A stretch of DNA of 46,552 nucleotides, taken from the NCBI GenBank assembly GCA_021324715.1, contig JAJPIN010000065.1, forward strand, positions 1-46,552, written 5' to 3'. Shown one piece after another: positions 9,853 to 20,106 of this stretch. This DNA comes from Nitrososphaeria archaeon. Lineage in GTDB: Archaea > Thermoproteota > Nitrososphaeria > Nitrososphaerales > Nitrososphaeraceae. The position numbers and the translations under genes were made by a program. The notes below the pieces were generated by a model, which was not told where the DNA came from, ran no database searches, and was given only the letters and a program-made list of their open reading frames with translations. How positions within the stretch are numbered: position 1 is the first letter of the stretch; each line of letters starts with the position of its first letter.

Positions 9853-11730
9853 TCATACCATAATTATTGGACGTTTTGATAAATATTTTGGTAGGTTTAG
9901 TGGTAAGTACGGTTTATCTGATATTTCTTGTTTAATACGTCTCATGAGATTTTCTATCGAAATGTTGTATTGAGATTTAGTCACTCTTTCCCTCACTACA
10001 AATTCTTTACCTCCAGCTTCTTTGTCTCCAATGACAATGATGAAATGAACCCATTCAGATTCTGCTTCTCTAATTTTTTTTGCAACAGAAAGCTCCCTGT
10101 CATCAATGTCTGTCCTTATACTGTTTTTGTTAAGCAGCTCCAAGATTTTTTCACAGAACGCCAAATGATTTGAAGAGACCGGAATTATTCTTATCTGTGT
10201 ATGTGATAGCCATAGAGGCAATGCTGGTGGCTTGCCTGTATGTACCTCCATGTCGGCTTTTTCAAGTAGTGCAAATATTACCCGCTCTACCGCTCCACTA
10301 GGAGAGTTATGCAATATGATTGGATATTTTTTCTCGCCGTCACTATCAACAAATTCAATGTTGTATCTTTGCCCATTTTCAATATCAATTTGATCAGTGG
10401 AGAGTGCGGCAGCTTTTCCCGACCTGTCTACAAAATTAAATTCCCACTTTACGATAAAATAAAAGAATTTTTCTTTCCACATTTCTACCAGGATGGGTTT
10501 CTTTAATCTAGCCGCAAATGCCTGAATAAATTCTTTATTTTGTTCATAAAAGTCTGTAGTAAACCGGATAACCATTTCTAGGTCGTCATTAGGGGAAATA
10601 CCCAGTCCCTCTACAACTTTCAAAGATAGCTCAAATCTTTTTACAAACTCTTCTTTTGCTTGAACGATATCCCTACAAAAAGCATGGCAATCTGGCATGC
10701 TGAATGCTCTAAGTCTCCTAAGTCCCACTAGTTCGCCACTCTTTTCTCTTCTAAATGAATATCTAGTTAATTCATAAAGCTTCAATGGAAGCTGTTTGTA
10801 AGAAATTTGAAAGTCCTTGGCCATTAAGAATTGACCAAAACATGCGGCAAACCTTAGGAAAAGCTGCTTATTGTCTGATTGAATATTGTATTGCCTGGCT
10901 GGAAATCTGTTGAAGTAACTATGAATTGACGGATGATTGGAATCATACATCACTGGTGTCTCGACTTCAATTCCCCCATATTCGTGAATCATTTTTGTCA
11001 CATAGGTCTCTATTAATGATTTCATTAAACGTCCCTTGGGATAGTATCTCAAATTTCCTCCATCCGAAGATGGTTCATAGTCAGCTATTGCCAATCTCTT
11101 CATCAATTTTACATGGGGCGGAACTTCAACTACTGTTCTCTTCTTAGATAATTCATATTCTGCTAATTTTTTAAGTGCACTGTCTTTTTGAAAAGCATAA
11201 TCATTTATTGGAATTAACTTATCTTCAGGCACATGTACGTACCAAGTTGAGTTTAGGGCATCTTCAGATTTTAGTGCGCTTGATATTAAGGTCAATTCCT
11301 TTTTCTCGCCGTTACCTTTACTATGAATGGTTTTAGCGTGTTCTGCTAGTGGATGTCCTTTGATTTTTATGTGAAATGACTTTGTCCAACCAAACGGTGC
11401 CCGATTTACAGTCGTAAACAGATCTCTTGCCTGATTCTCAATTGAAATTAGTACTGCAAGAGCTGTGCCGTGTGTCGCTAACTGGGAACTTAGGTGTGCA
11501 TAAGGATAGAGTAGTAAATTCTCACATTTTATTTTCTCGCTATATGCCTTCAATTCCTTGCAAACATCATCAATTATGGACTCGTCATCATCTTTTTCTA
11601 CGGCAATTAATGCTACTATCACTTCATCTATTTTTTTACTGGCTTTGTATTGGATATCTTCTGCGGCTTCCACCTCTTTAGAAATCGGTTGGTATTCGAT
11701 AAAATCTGAATGCAGCAACAAAATACGCAT
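9853..11730 (-). CDS. thrS: threonine--tRNA ligase (archaeal type with N-terminal editing domain)
   Basis: MRILLLHSD, YPYAHLS, APFGW, LRFAACFG, FRREKSGEL.GL.R.R.F.MPDCH, HNSPSGAVER. Confidence 0.97.
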   Translation of the reverse strand: MRILLLHSDFIEYQPISKEVEAAEDIQYKASKKIDEVIVALIAVEKDDDESIIDDVCKELKAYSEKIKCENLLLYPYAHLSSQLATHGTALAVLISIENQARDLFTTVNRAPFGWTKSFHIKIKGHPLAEHAKTIHSKGNGEKKELTLISSALKSEDALNSTWYVHVPEDKLIPINDYAFQKDSALKKLAEYELSKKRTVVEVPPHVKLMKRLAIADYEPSSDGGNLRYYPKGRLMKSLIETYVTKMIHEYGGIEVETPVMYDSNHPSIHSYFNRFPARQYNIQSDNKQLFLRFAACFGQFLMAKDFQISYKQLPLKLYELTRYSFRREKSGELVGLRRLRAFSMPDCHAFCRDIVQAKEEFVKRFELSLKVVEGLGISPNDDLEMVIRFTTDFYEQNKEFIQAFAARLKKPILVEMWKEKFFYFIVKWEFNFVDRSGKAAALSTDQIDIENGQRYNIEFVDSDGEKKYPIILHNSPSGAVERVIFALLEKADMEVHTGKPPALPLWLSHTQIRIIPVSSNHLAFCEKILELLNKNSIRTDIDDRELSVAKKIREAESEWVHFIIVIGDKEAGGKEFVVRERVTKSQYNISIENLMRRIKQEISDKPYLPLNLPKYLSKRPIIMV

Positions 11731-11797
11731 TTGATGACGAAAACTAATCCTATGAGGTTAAATTAATTGGTTTGGACCCAACAACTTAATAATGGAA

Positions 11798-13357
11798 TTA
11801 ATAGTTGGACCTAAGTTCAATAAAGCGTGATTCAGGGCTTAATTTCAAATTTGTATATGGATACTTGTTGATATTAGTGCCCCCGGTAAAATTCTGTTCA
11901 AACCTTGCCAAATTATGAGTAGCGTTGTATGCCAAATTTAACCTTGAATCATTATCCCCGCGGTCTAAAATTTTTTGAAATCCGCTATCTATAATCATCA
12001 TGTATTTTTCCGTCTTGAATGGAGTCTTACTATAAAAATTTTTTGCATCAAACGTTTTATTAAAAACAAATTCTGGAATCCAGAAATATTGTGGATTTCC
12101 AACCAGGGTTACCTTATCTGCTGGGTTGATACTTGATGAATTGTTATTACTATTAGGTAAATTTGAAAGAACAAATGCAAGAGCCCGGTAATAAGTTGAA
12201 TTTGTATTTATAGTTATTATCATAGTTATGCTGCAGACGCCAAAGATCCCGATAATTGCTATTCTAATATAAGGTAACAAATTTCTCGTTTTAATATTGG
12301 ATATATTACTGCCTATTTTTTCAAGCATATTTGCTCCTGCTATGCATAATGGGGGTAGTAATAATATCATATGAAATGAAGAAACATAGCCTATTGCCTG
12401 GAGAAATATAAAACCCGGAATTACCCATAGCAATATGAAATAGTCTTTTTTGATGGCAGCATAGACCAGACCACCCATTCCTAAAACAAACAATACAGGG
12501 TCTATCTCGAAGAATGTATTTATGGTATTGATTAAAGGTCTGTCTCTGGCAATTTGGTAACGAACACCACTGATCCAATCATTCAAATCTCCAATTAGTG
12601 TAGCGTGCAGAGGCCACAAAAAAGGAACCAAAATGACAGGAATTAACCAAACTAGTACGTATTTCTTTTTTCTAGTAACTAAATACGTCATGGTTAATCC
12701 CACTGGGATTACTGTGAAAGCAGGGATCTTGGTAAAAATTGCAAGACCAAGAAAAATTCCTGAGACAATCAAAGTAAGCTTGGTGTATTGTCTTTGTTCG
12801 CGTTGTGGTCGCATCTGATGTTGCTGTTCCCCCTTGCGCCTATCAAGACTCAAGATGAGTAATATTGAAGTCAATATAAAGGGCAGTTGAATTGACTCTA
12901 GAAATATTCTTCTAGTCAGCCAAGTAAACGGCATTACTGCAAATAATACAGCTGCTATAATCGCGACATTTCTTCCGTATCTATATTCTGTGATCCTATA
13001 CAACAGGAAAGTATCAATTACAGCTAAAATTCCCATTATTAGGCGCGGAACCAAATACAGCTGCTCAACAGGATTCTTTTCACCTGCGTTAACAAAACCG
13101 GGATAACCAATAATGCTAAAAATCCCTGCCAAGAAAATTTGACCAAAATAAGGCGCTCGATATCGAGCTTGTGGTTGAAGCCCATCGCCATCTTCAGTGG
13201 AAATCGCTTTCCTTAGGTAATGTCCCTCATCTGTATGTATTGATGGAAAACCCGTAGGATTCCATAAGTGAGTGTAGGCAGATAAGATAAGCGGTATTAA
13301 AATGAAAACTAGCAATCGTAGCTTTCTTTTTTCTTTTAACTGTAACAGTAGCCCCAA
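11798..13357 (-). CDS. GT-C fold membrane glycosyltransferase (PMT/ArnT-like, GT39/83)
   Basis: First-loop DE motif (HTDEGHY), multiple TM helices, GLAIFTK, extracellular C-terminal domain. Confidence 0.8.
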   Translation of the reverse strand: MGLLLQLKEKRKLRLLVFILIPLILSAYTHLWNPTGFPSIHTDEGHYLRKAISTEDGDGLQPQARYRAPYFGQIFLAGIFSIIGYPGFVNAGEKNPVEQLYLVPRLIMGILAVIDTFLLYRITEYRYGRNVAIIAAVLFAVMPFTWLTRRIFLESIQLPFILTSILLILSLDRRKGEQQHQMRPQREQRQYTKLTLIVSGIFLGLAIFTKIPAFTVIPVGLTMTYLVTRKKKYVLVWLIPVILVPFLWPLHATLIGDLNDWISGVRYQIARDRPLINTINTFFEIDPVLFVLGMGGLVYAAIKKDYFILLWVIPGFIFLQAIGYVSSFHMILLLPPLCIAGANMLEKIGSNISNIKTRNLLPYIRIAIIGIFGVCSITMIITINTNSTYYRALAFVLSNLPNSNNNSSSINPADKVTLVGNPQYFWIPEFVFNKTFDAKNFYSKTPFKTEKYMMIIDSGFQKILDRGDNDSRLNLAYNATHNLARFEQNFTGGTNINKYPYTNLKLSPESRFIELRSNY

Positions 13358-13506
13358 TCAGCTTCCTTTTCCATTTACTATGGAATTTATACAAGAATTA
13401 AACCTTATGGACGTGTATTTCATCATTTAGGATGCTGAAAATGACCTTTGTGACTGATTCAAGTTACCCCGAAGTGGAGTTTAATAGTATAGGAGATATT
13501 GATACA

Positions 13507-14715
13507 CTATTTAGCGTTCTTACCTGAATAAACCGATTGAACAGCATTTTTTAATATATCAAAGTATTTCGTAGGAATTAAATTGCCATTCTCATCACTT
13601 GTCACTAAATTAAAGTTTTCAACTCTGTGTGGCCTGAAATTCCAATACCAAAAAGCCCATCCGTATGGATCTATTTGATTAAATTTTTTTAATATCACTG
13701 TGGTGTCCTTAGGAGTGATATCACTTGTTTTTGGATTTATTTCATAGACAAAGTCGCCTTCTTCGTTTATTACTTTATCTCTGGCTACATTGTTCCATTC
13801 TCCAATATATACGGGAACTCCTGATAAGTTGCCGGCAGTTATGAACATGTTCAACCTTTGTTCTTGGTAGCTGCCCGGAGATGGCAGTCCATATATACTA
13901 AATTTGAAGAGAGTATTTGTCTTATTTGCAGGCGCCATTTTTGCAAGATTAGTTGCATTAACTCCAATGTTACTCTTTAGGTCGACAGGTATTGTCATAC
14001 TGTATATTATATGCTTCTGAGTTACCTTTCGCATTTCGTCAGTCATAAACGTATTATATTTTCCAATTTTTTCCCACTGATCTACACTATGTACTTGCGG
14101 TTCACTCAGGATCTCATAACCTACTGTACTAGGATGACTATCAACAATACTGACTACTTTTTTTAAGAATTGAGCTTGTAGATTCCAACCATCAGTACCA
14201 TTTGTGTCTTTGATCCCTCTATTCCACCAGTCTGTCCACCACGCTGCTGCTGATGGATAAGTAGGGCCACCACCACTTCCATACGGATATTTTGAGTTAT
14301 TTTGAAATAAAAAGGTTGGAAATCCAGTTCCTCTTTGAGGATTAAGCCATGATGAAGTATGGAACTGATGATTATCATATATTATTTTTAACCCATACTT
14401 GTCGGCTAGGATAGCGACAAATTTTAGCTCATTTATGAATGCTATAGGATTTTTCACGTAAGATTCCCAATAATATACATATCTCACATGATTCATTCCG
14501 CCGTCTTTTAGTATCTTAAAGCTTTGGTCATAGTAGTTATCAGGGAAAGGATTCTTAAAGTCTCGTGTCTGGGGCAAACTGGTATAATAGCCTAGCATGT
14601 TTACTCCGATCAGAGGTTGGGGCTTTACTGCTTGAGCATAGCTTAGATTAGCTGTCAGTGATAAGTTTACAATTAATAAGAAGAGAAATGAAAGCCCAAA
14701 AACGGACAGATTCAT
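13507..14715 (-). CDS. secreted glycoside hydrolase, GH5/cellulase-like (clan GH-A)
   Basis: Signal peptide; GMNHVR..YWE, IIYDNH, GYEILSEP acid/base Glu, PVYIGEW nucleophile Glu, GWAFWYW. Confidence 0.85.
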   Translation of the reverse strand: MNLSVFGLSFLFLLIVNLSLTANLSYAQAVKPQPLIGVNMLGYYTSLPQTRDFKNPFPDNYYDQSFKILKDGGMNHVRYVYYWESYVKNPIAFINELKFVAILADKYGLKIIYDNHQFHTSSWLNPQRGTGFPTFLFQNNSKYPYGSGGGPTYPSAAAWWTDWWNRGIKDTNGTDGWNLQAQFLKKVVSIVDSHPSTVGYEILSEPQVHSVDQWEKIGKYNTFMTDEMRKVTQKHIIYSMTIPVDLKSNIGVNATNLAKMAPANKTNTLFKFSIYGLPSPGSYQEQRLNMFITAGNLSGVPVYIGEWNNVARDKVINEEGDFVYEINPKTSDITPKDTTVILKKFNQIDPYGWAFWYWNFRPHRVENFNLVTSDENGNLIPTKYFDILKNAVQSVYSGKNAK

Positions 14716-14770
14716 TATTAAGACAAAAATTTAGCTCCCAATATAAATTATTGAAGAGCTTCTTTGGAAA

Positions 14771-15664
14771 TTAATTATGAGCTTCTCTAGCGCCCGAGAC
14801 TAGCTGTCTTGTAGTTGTCAGGTCCTCAATTTTTTTGTTTATGTTTAATACTATTTCAAGCAAGTCAGGTTCAATTCTGTTTTGTTTTATGAACGAAGCT
14901 AATGCCTGGGTGTCTTTAGGTAGACACATTCCATCAAATGGTCTTCCAAATTCAGTACCATACTTGCCAATTCTTTTATCCAGTGATACACCTAAACTTA
15001 CAACCTTATCATCTATTCCCAAATGTTTGCATATCATTCCTATTTCATTAAAGAACGAAATCTTCAATGATAAAAAGCAGTTTGATGCATATTTGATAAG
15101 CTCTGCTGCCTCGAATGATGTTGTGATTATATTTTTTGTTAAAGGTTGGTATATATCTACTAATAATTTTGATAATTTATTACCACTTTCCTCTCCTATT
15201 ATTACCCTATCCGGAGTGAAGAAATCATCTAATGCCGAATTTTGCCTCAGAAATTCCGGATTATAGGCAACCTCATAATCCACTCCTCTTCTTTTGGCGC
15301 AATTTTTTTCAAGATAGTTCACGACTACGCTACGCATGGTGCCAGGTAGCATCGTGCTCCGGAAGACCAGCAAATGACGCTTTACAGATGTATTGAGATA
15401 ATTTGCGAGTTGATAGAGTGCAGATAGTATTTGAGAGAGATCTTGTTGGGAGTTATGAGTTGGAGTGTTAACACACACAAATGAAATATCTGTTTGAGAT
15501 AATGCTTCACCCAAATCATTAGCTACGTTGTATCCATTGCTTTTTAAAGTCCTCAGCCTCTCCTTTGAAATGTCGTAAAAAATGACTTCATGACCTAACT
15601 TGTGAAACCCTTGGCCCGTTGCACTGCCTACTACACCCGAACCAATAATGCTTATCTTACTCGT
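14771..15664 (-). CDS. UDP-glucose/GDP-mannose dehydrogenase family protein, 297 aa, lacking the C-terminal domain, apparent ACG start
   Basis: Frame stays open 50 codons upstream of the ORF-track TTG (15514) and encodes KISIIGSGVVG...VIFYDI; FVCVNTP, RST..PGT, NPEFLR, KYASN.F, catalytic GMCLPKD. Confidence 0.85.
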   Translation of the reverse strand, partial: TSKISIIGSGVVGSATGQGFHKLGHEVIFYDISKERLRTLKSNGYNVANDLGEALSQTDISFVCVNTPTHNSQQDLSQILSALYQLANYLNTSVKRHLLVFRSTMLPGTMRSVVVNYLEKNCAKRRGVDYEVAYNPEFLRQNSALDDFFTPDRVIIGEESGNKLSKLLVDIYQPLTKNIITTSFEAAELIKYASNCFLSLKISFFNEIGMICKHLGIDDKVVSLGVSLDKRIGKYGTEFGRPFDGMCLPKDTQALASFIKQNRIEPDLLEIVLNINKKIEDLTTTRQLVSGAREAHN

Positions 15665-15833
15665 TCAAAATCCCTCTTTATTATAGGGGGGTTATAATTA
15701 ATCATATTTATATAATTCCTTTTCATTTTCGAGTAAGAAATAAGGTAAAAATTAACAGGAATCATCTTACTTCAATAACTTCTAGCTCATAATAAAAGTT
15801 ACTAATAAATAATCTGGAAAGAGAGATAGAACA

Positions 15834-17297
15834 GTGAATTCTAACAGAGCCGCAACTCTTCACAAGCATAGCAGAATTTTTGGCAACTTAGTTTTTGACC
15901 TGATACTCCTAGGATTTGCAATTTCACTGGTTTTATCACCTATCTGGTTTGACATTAATGATATTGTTTATCAAATTACTGGTTTGCAAAATTATGTAGT
16001 TAGAAATCTGGTGCCAAGTTCATTATACAATTATTGGCTTGTTATACCGCTCGGAGTTATCGGTATCTGGAGATGGACAGTATGGCTTATCAAGAAAATT
16101 GTCGCATCATTTTATTCTCCTATACTGCCTGAATCAAACCATCTCAATTCACGAGGTACACTCGACTTTGCCGTATCAGTAATTGTCCCTGTTTATGATG
16201 AGGACCCGAAAATCTTTAGGCGATCTTTAGAGTCATGGTGGAAAAATAAGCCTAGTGAAATAATTACAATTATTGATAAATCAGATACAGGATGCATGGC
16301 TGAATTTAAAGAATTTCAACAAGGCAAGGATAATCTTAAATTGATAATAACATCGAAACCTGGGAAAAGACCTGCCCTTGTTGATGGTATTCTGCAATCA
16401 AATGGCGAAATTGTTGCTCTAACCGATAGTGATACAATGTGGGATGCAAATTTCCTCGAAAATGCATTACGACCATTCCAGGTCGATTCAAAAATTGGCG
16501 GAGTAACTCCTAGATATCATCCTATTGAAAGAAGAACAATATGGCAAAAGATGACTGATATTTTTTGGGATTCTAGAAACTATCTAGATATGCCAGCACA
16601 GACGGCAGGAGGAAAAGCTTTGTCGTGCCTGAGCGGAAAAACTGCATTATACCGTAGGAAAATTCTATTACCTAAAATCAATTTCTTCCTAAATGAGTTT
16701 ATTCTTGGTAGAAAAAAAGAATCAGGTGAAGATAAATGCTTCACGAGGCTTGTTCAACAGGAAGGGTGGAAGACATATTATCAAAGTTCTGCAATAATAT
16801 ACTCTTCTTCCGCCCCAGAATTTGACCAATTCATCAGGCAACGAATTAGATGGGCAAGAAATAGTCATAATTCTGATTTCCAGAGTTTATGGAACGGATG
16901 GGTATGGAAATGTCCATACCTTGCATTCTCTATGATAGATCGTTTTGTTTCGGTCTTTACTCTATTACTTGGTCCAATTTTTTTCTCAATAGCCATTCTC
17001 GAAAATCAATGGGGTTTAGCAATTTCAATTCTTATCTTATGGCTTGTTGGAAGGATGATTAAGATCTTTCCGCATTTAAGACGCAATCCAGCTGATCTAT
17101 TCTTACTGCCTATATACTTGGGAGTAAGTTTCTTGATGGCACTAACTAGATTGTACGCTCTTGTTACTATTCGGGATCAACATACCATAAGGGGATTCGC
17201 AAAGACAAAAGCTAGCAGAATAAAGAGAATTAAGGATTATCTTTTAACCATCGAAATGATAGCAGGGATATTCATTTTCGCATTCACCCTACACTGA
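15834..17297 (+). CDS. processive membrane GT2 glycosyltransferase (hyaluronan synthase/NodC/Alg8-like)
   Basis: VIVPVYDE, GKRPA, DSDT, CLSG..ALYR, GEDK, QRIRW; N- and C-terminal TM helices. Confidence 0.88.
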   Translation: MNSNRAATLHKHSRIFGNLVFDLILLGFAISLVLSPIWFDINDIVYQITGLQNYVVRNLVPSSLYNYWLVIPLGVIGIWRWTVWLIKKIVASFYSPILPESNHLNSRGTLDFAVSVIVPVYDEDPKIFRRSLESWWKNKPSEIITIIDKSDTGCMAEFKEFQQGKDNLKLIITSKPGKRPALVDGILQSNGEIVALTDSDTMWDANFLENALRPFQVDSKIGGVTPRYHPIERRTIWQKMTDIFWDSRNYLDMPAQTAGGKALSCLSGKTALYRRKILLPKINFFLNEFILGRKKESGEDKCFTRLVQQEGWKTYYQSSAIIYSSSAPEFDQFIRQRIRWARNSHNSDFQSLWNGWVWKCPYLAFSMIDRFVSVFTLLLGPIFFSIAILENQWGLAISILILWLVGRMIKIFPHLRRNPADLFLLPIYLGVSFLMALTRLYALVTIRDQHTIRGFAKTKASRIKRIKDYLLTIEMIAGIFIFAFTLH

Positions 17298-17371
17298 TTT
17301 CGACTATTATTGATGTTGTTGTCACCATCTAAATCAAAATAAAAATAAATTCGGTATCCAGATTTATAATA

Positions 17372-18172
17372 TCATAATCTGGTTTTAATCCCTTTCTCAG
17401 CCAAATATCTCTTGACCTTATCCAGCGTTAAATTATCATAATGAAAAATCGAGGCTGCCAGAACGGCATCAACATCAGTTTTATTAAATACCTCAAACAT
17501 GTGTTCAGAAGAGCCACAGCCCCCTGATGCAATAACAGGTATCCTCACACTATTACAGATTGTATTAGTAAGCTCAATATCATAACCATTTTTAGTACCA
17601 TCTGAATCTACACTTGTCAAAAGTATTTCACCAGCACCAAGCTCTTCTACCTTTTTCGCCCATTGGATAGCATCAATACCAGTACCCTTAGATCCTCCGT
17701 ATATCATGACTTCAAAGTAAAAATCCTTATCAGGAGAGGACATTGTCTGTTTTTCATCAGTCTTAAAGTTTCTCTTGACATCTATAGCTACAACAACACA
17801 TTGTCTTCCAAAAATTTTCATAAGATCCGTTACCAATTGTGGATTTTTGACACTGGCTGTATTGATTGAAACCTTGTCTGCTCCATTTAAAAGAATCTGT
17901 CTTGCGTCTGACAGTGTCCTAATTCCTCCTCCCACTGTAAAGGGTATGTCGATAACACTGGCGACATTCTTAACTACGCTTTTCATAATTTCACGGTCTT
18001 GTCTTGACGCAGTAATATCCAAGAATACGAGTTCATCGGCGCCTTGATCGCTATATTTTTTCGCCAATTCTACAGGATCTCCGGCGTCTTTAACTCCTCG
18101 AAACTTGATTCCTTTAACTACTCTTCCATTATCAACATCCAAACAAGGAATTATTCTTTTTGATAGTGTCAT
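17372..18172 (-). CDS. hisF: imidazole glycerol phosphate synthase subunit HisF
   Basis: [43 protein letters not shown]. Confidence 0.97.
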   Translation of the reverse strand: MTLSKRIIPCLDVDNGRVVKGIKFRGVKDAGDPVELAKKYSDQGADELVFLDITASRQDREIMKSVVKNVASVIDIPFTVGGGIRTLSDARQILLNGADKVSINTASVKNPQLVTDLMKIFGRQCVVVAIDVKRNFKTDEKQTMSSPDKDFYFEVMIYGGSKGTGIDAIQWAKKVEELGAGEILLTSVDSDGTKNGYDIELTNTICNSVRIPVIASGGCGSSEHMFEVFNKTDVDAVLAASIFHYDNLTLDKVKRYLAEKGIKTRL

Positions 18173-18882
18173 TACGCTATTGCTTTCACCTTTTTAATGT
18201 CCAATCTGGCTTCATACAATGCCTTGCCGAGAATAACACTATCGCATCCAATGGATCTAACCCGTAATACATCTATCAAGCTTGAAATTCCTCCACTAGC
18301 AATTATTCTTGATTTTCGGTCAGTATTAATACTATTTAAAGTGACAACATCTGGTCCTGAAAGTGTTCCATCTTTAATTATACTGGTTACGAGAAAAATG
18401 TTTATTCCAAGTTTATTGAACCTACTTATTGCCTCTTCAATGTTATAATTAGAGGGCGACTTCCAGCCATTAATCATGACCTTTCGATTTATCTCGTCGA
18501 GTGAAATCACAATCTTGTCACTATAATTTTTACAAAGCAAACGTAAATGATCCAAATTTGTATGCGCCATGGTACCAATCACAAGTTTTGAAAAGCCCAT
18601 TCTGACAATTTTTTCAAAATTTTCTAAATGACGTATACCACCACCAATCTGGATTGGTATGTTTACTGAATGCAATATCTCAGAAATTGTTGATAGATTA
18701 TTGGATTCATTACCGAATGCGGCATCTAAGTCTACGATATGCAACATATCCGCTCCCTCTTCTTCCCATTTTTTTGCCACCTTGACGGGGTCATTACTAT
18801 AGACCTTTTTTGTTGATTTGTCTCCTTTAGTTAACCTAACTACGTCGCCTTCAATTATGTCTATTGCCGCTAGTACCTTCAT
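18172..18882 (-). CDS. hisA: ProFAR isomerase HisA
   Basis: AIDI..G.VVRL..G, LHIVDLD, QIGGGIR, DGTLSG, IASGG. Confidence 0.95.
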   Translation of the reverse strand: MKVLAAIDIIEGDVVRLTKGDKSTKKVYSNDPVKVAKKWEEEGADMLHIVDLDAAFGNESNNLSTISEILHSVNIPIQIGGGIRHLENFEKIVRMGFSKLVIGTMAHTNLDHLRLLCKNYSDKIVISLDEINRKVMINGWKSPSNYNIEEAISRFNKLGINIFLVTSIIKDGTLSGPDVVTLNSINTDRKSRIIASGGISSLIDVLRVRSIGCDSVILGKALYEARLDIKKVKAIA

Positions 18883-19499
18883 TCGTTTTTTTCACAAAAT
18901 TTAATAAAATTCTTCATAATTTGGGCTCCAATTTTTCCGGACTTTTCCGGATGAAATTGTGTACCAAATAGATTAGAGCGTTCTATTACAACAGGTAATT
19001 CCGAGCCATAGTCAGCTATTGCCGCAATAAGATTTTGATCTTTGGGCTCAATGTGATAGGAGTGAACAAAATACACCCAGGAATTTTGCGGTATCCCTTT
19101 AAGAAGATTACTTTCTCTATTAACAATTATCAAGTTATTCCAGCCTATGTGAGGAACCTTAACTTTCCTTTTTGGAAGCATCAATACTTCACCATCTAAT
19201 AATTTAAGGCCATCAAGAATACCTTCTTCGCTTTTATCGAATAACATTTCCAAACCAAGACAAATACCTAGTATCGGCATTGCATTCTCTACGGCCATAT
19301 TCAGTGATGCCGCGTCATTTTGTATGGAAGAAATTGCGCTATCGAAATTACCAACTCCTGGTAAAACTAATCCATTATAGTTTTCCAATCCCTTTAGAGT
19401 TCTTACAATATCTACTGCATGCGCACCGTTTCTGAGTAGGGATTGGTGTAAATTAAAAAGATTCCCTGCGCCAAAATCAAAAATAGCTATCTTTGTCAT
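18879..19499 (-). CDS. hisH: imidazole glycerol phosphate synthase subunit HisH
   Basis: LPGVG.F, GICLG, VPHIGWN, YFVHSY, QFHPEKS. Confidence 0.96.
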   Translation of the reverse strand: MTKIAIFDFGAGNLFNLHQSLLRNGAHAVDIVRTLKGLENYNGLVLPGVGNFDSAISSIQNDAASLNMAVENAMPILGICLGLEMLFDKSEEGILDGLKLLDGEVLMLPKRKVKVPHIGWNNLIIVNRESNLLKGIPQNSWVYFVHSYHIEPKDQNLIAAIADYGSELPVVIERSNLFGTQFHPEKSGKIGAQIMKNFIKFCEKNE

Positions 19500-20099
19500 T
19501 TACATCAGTTCTTTAGTACTTGGCACACCTTTTCTCCTTTGGTCAATAGTAGCAGCATTTCTAAACGCAATAGCAAAACTCTTCATGGCAGATTCCAATT
19601 TATGATGATCATCTTTTCCATACTCTACTAGTATGTGTGTACAGGCCACTAGATTTTGCAGGAGAGATCTAAAGAAGTGTTCAATATCCTCCTTTGCTAT
19701 TCCTTCCACTTCTTTTCTTTCCAACTTTAACTCAAATTTTGAGAATTCTCTCCTAACCAAATCAATTGCCGAGTTGCTGCGTGAATCATCCATAGGCACA
19801 ATAGCATAACCAAATCTCATTATTCTGGCTCTATTTCCTAATGCCTTATCTAGTCCCTGCCCTATACAAATGGCAATGTCTTCTATCAAATGATGCAGAA
19901 TGGAATCATTTGATTTAACCTCAGCTTCAATGTCAACAAGGCTGTACTTGCAAAAGGTAGTTATGAGGTGATCTAGAAATTTCAAACCACTGGTAATCTG
20001 TGCCCTACCTTCGCCATCAAGATTAACATTTATCTTAATTGTTGTTTCTGATGTACTTCTGCTCAACGATGCAATCCTAAGTTTATCAGTATCTGACAA
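19500..20099 (-). CDS. hisB: imidazoleglycerol-phosphate dehydratase
   Basis: R.T.ET, FLDHL, HHLIED, PMDD, DHHK.ES..K, PSTK. Confidence 0.95.
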   Translation of the reverse strand: MSDTDKLRIASLSRSTSETTIKINVNLDGEGRAQITSGLKFLDHLITTFCKYSLVDIEAEVKSNDSILHHLIEDIAICIGQGLDKALGNRARIMRFGYAIVPMDDSRSNSAIDLVRREFSKFELKLERKEVEGIAKEDIEHFFRSLLQNLVACTHILVEYGKDDHHKLESAMKSFAIAFRNAATIDQRRKGVPSTKELM

Positions 20100-20106
20100 T
20101 TGGTAT

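Noticed and set aside
13358-13426. Box C/D sRNA (ATGATGA...CTGA on minus strand)
   Set aside because: About 70 nt with no convincing D'/C' boxes; the putative guide is the ribosome-binding region of the GT-C gene
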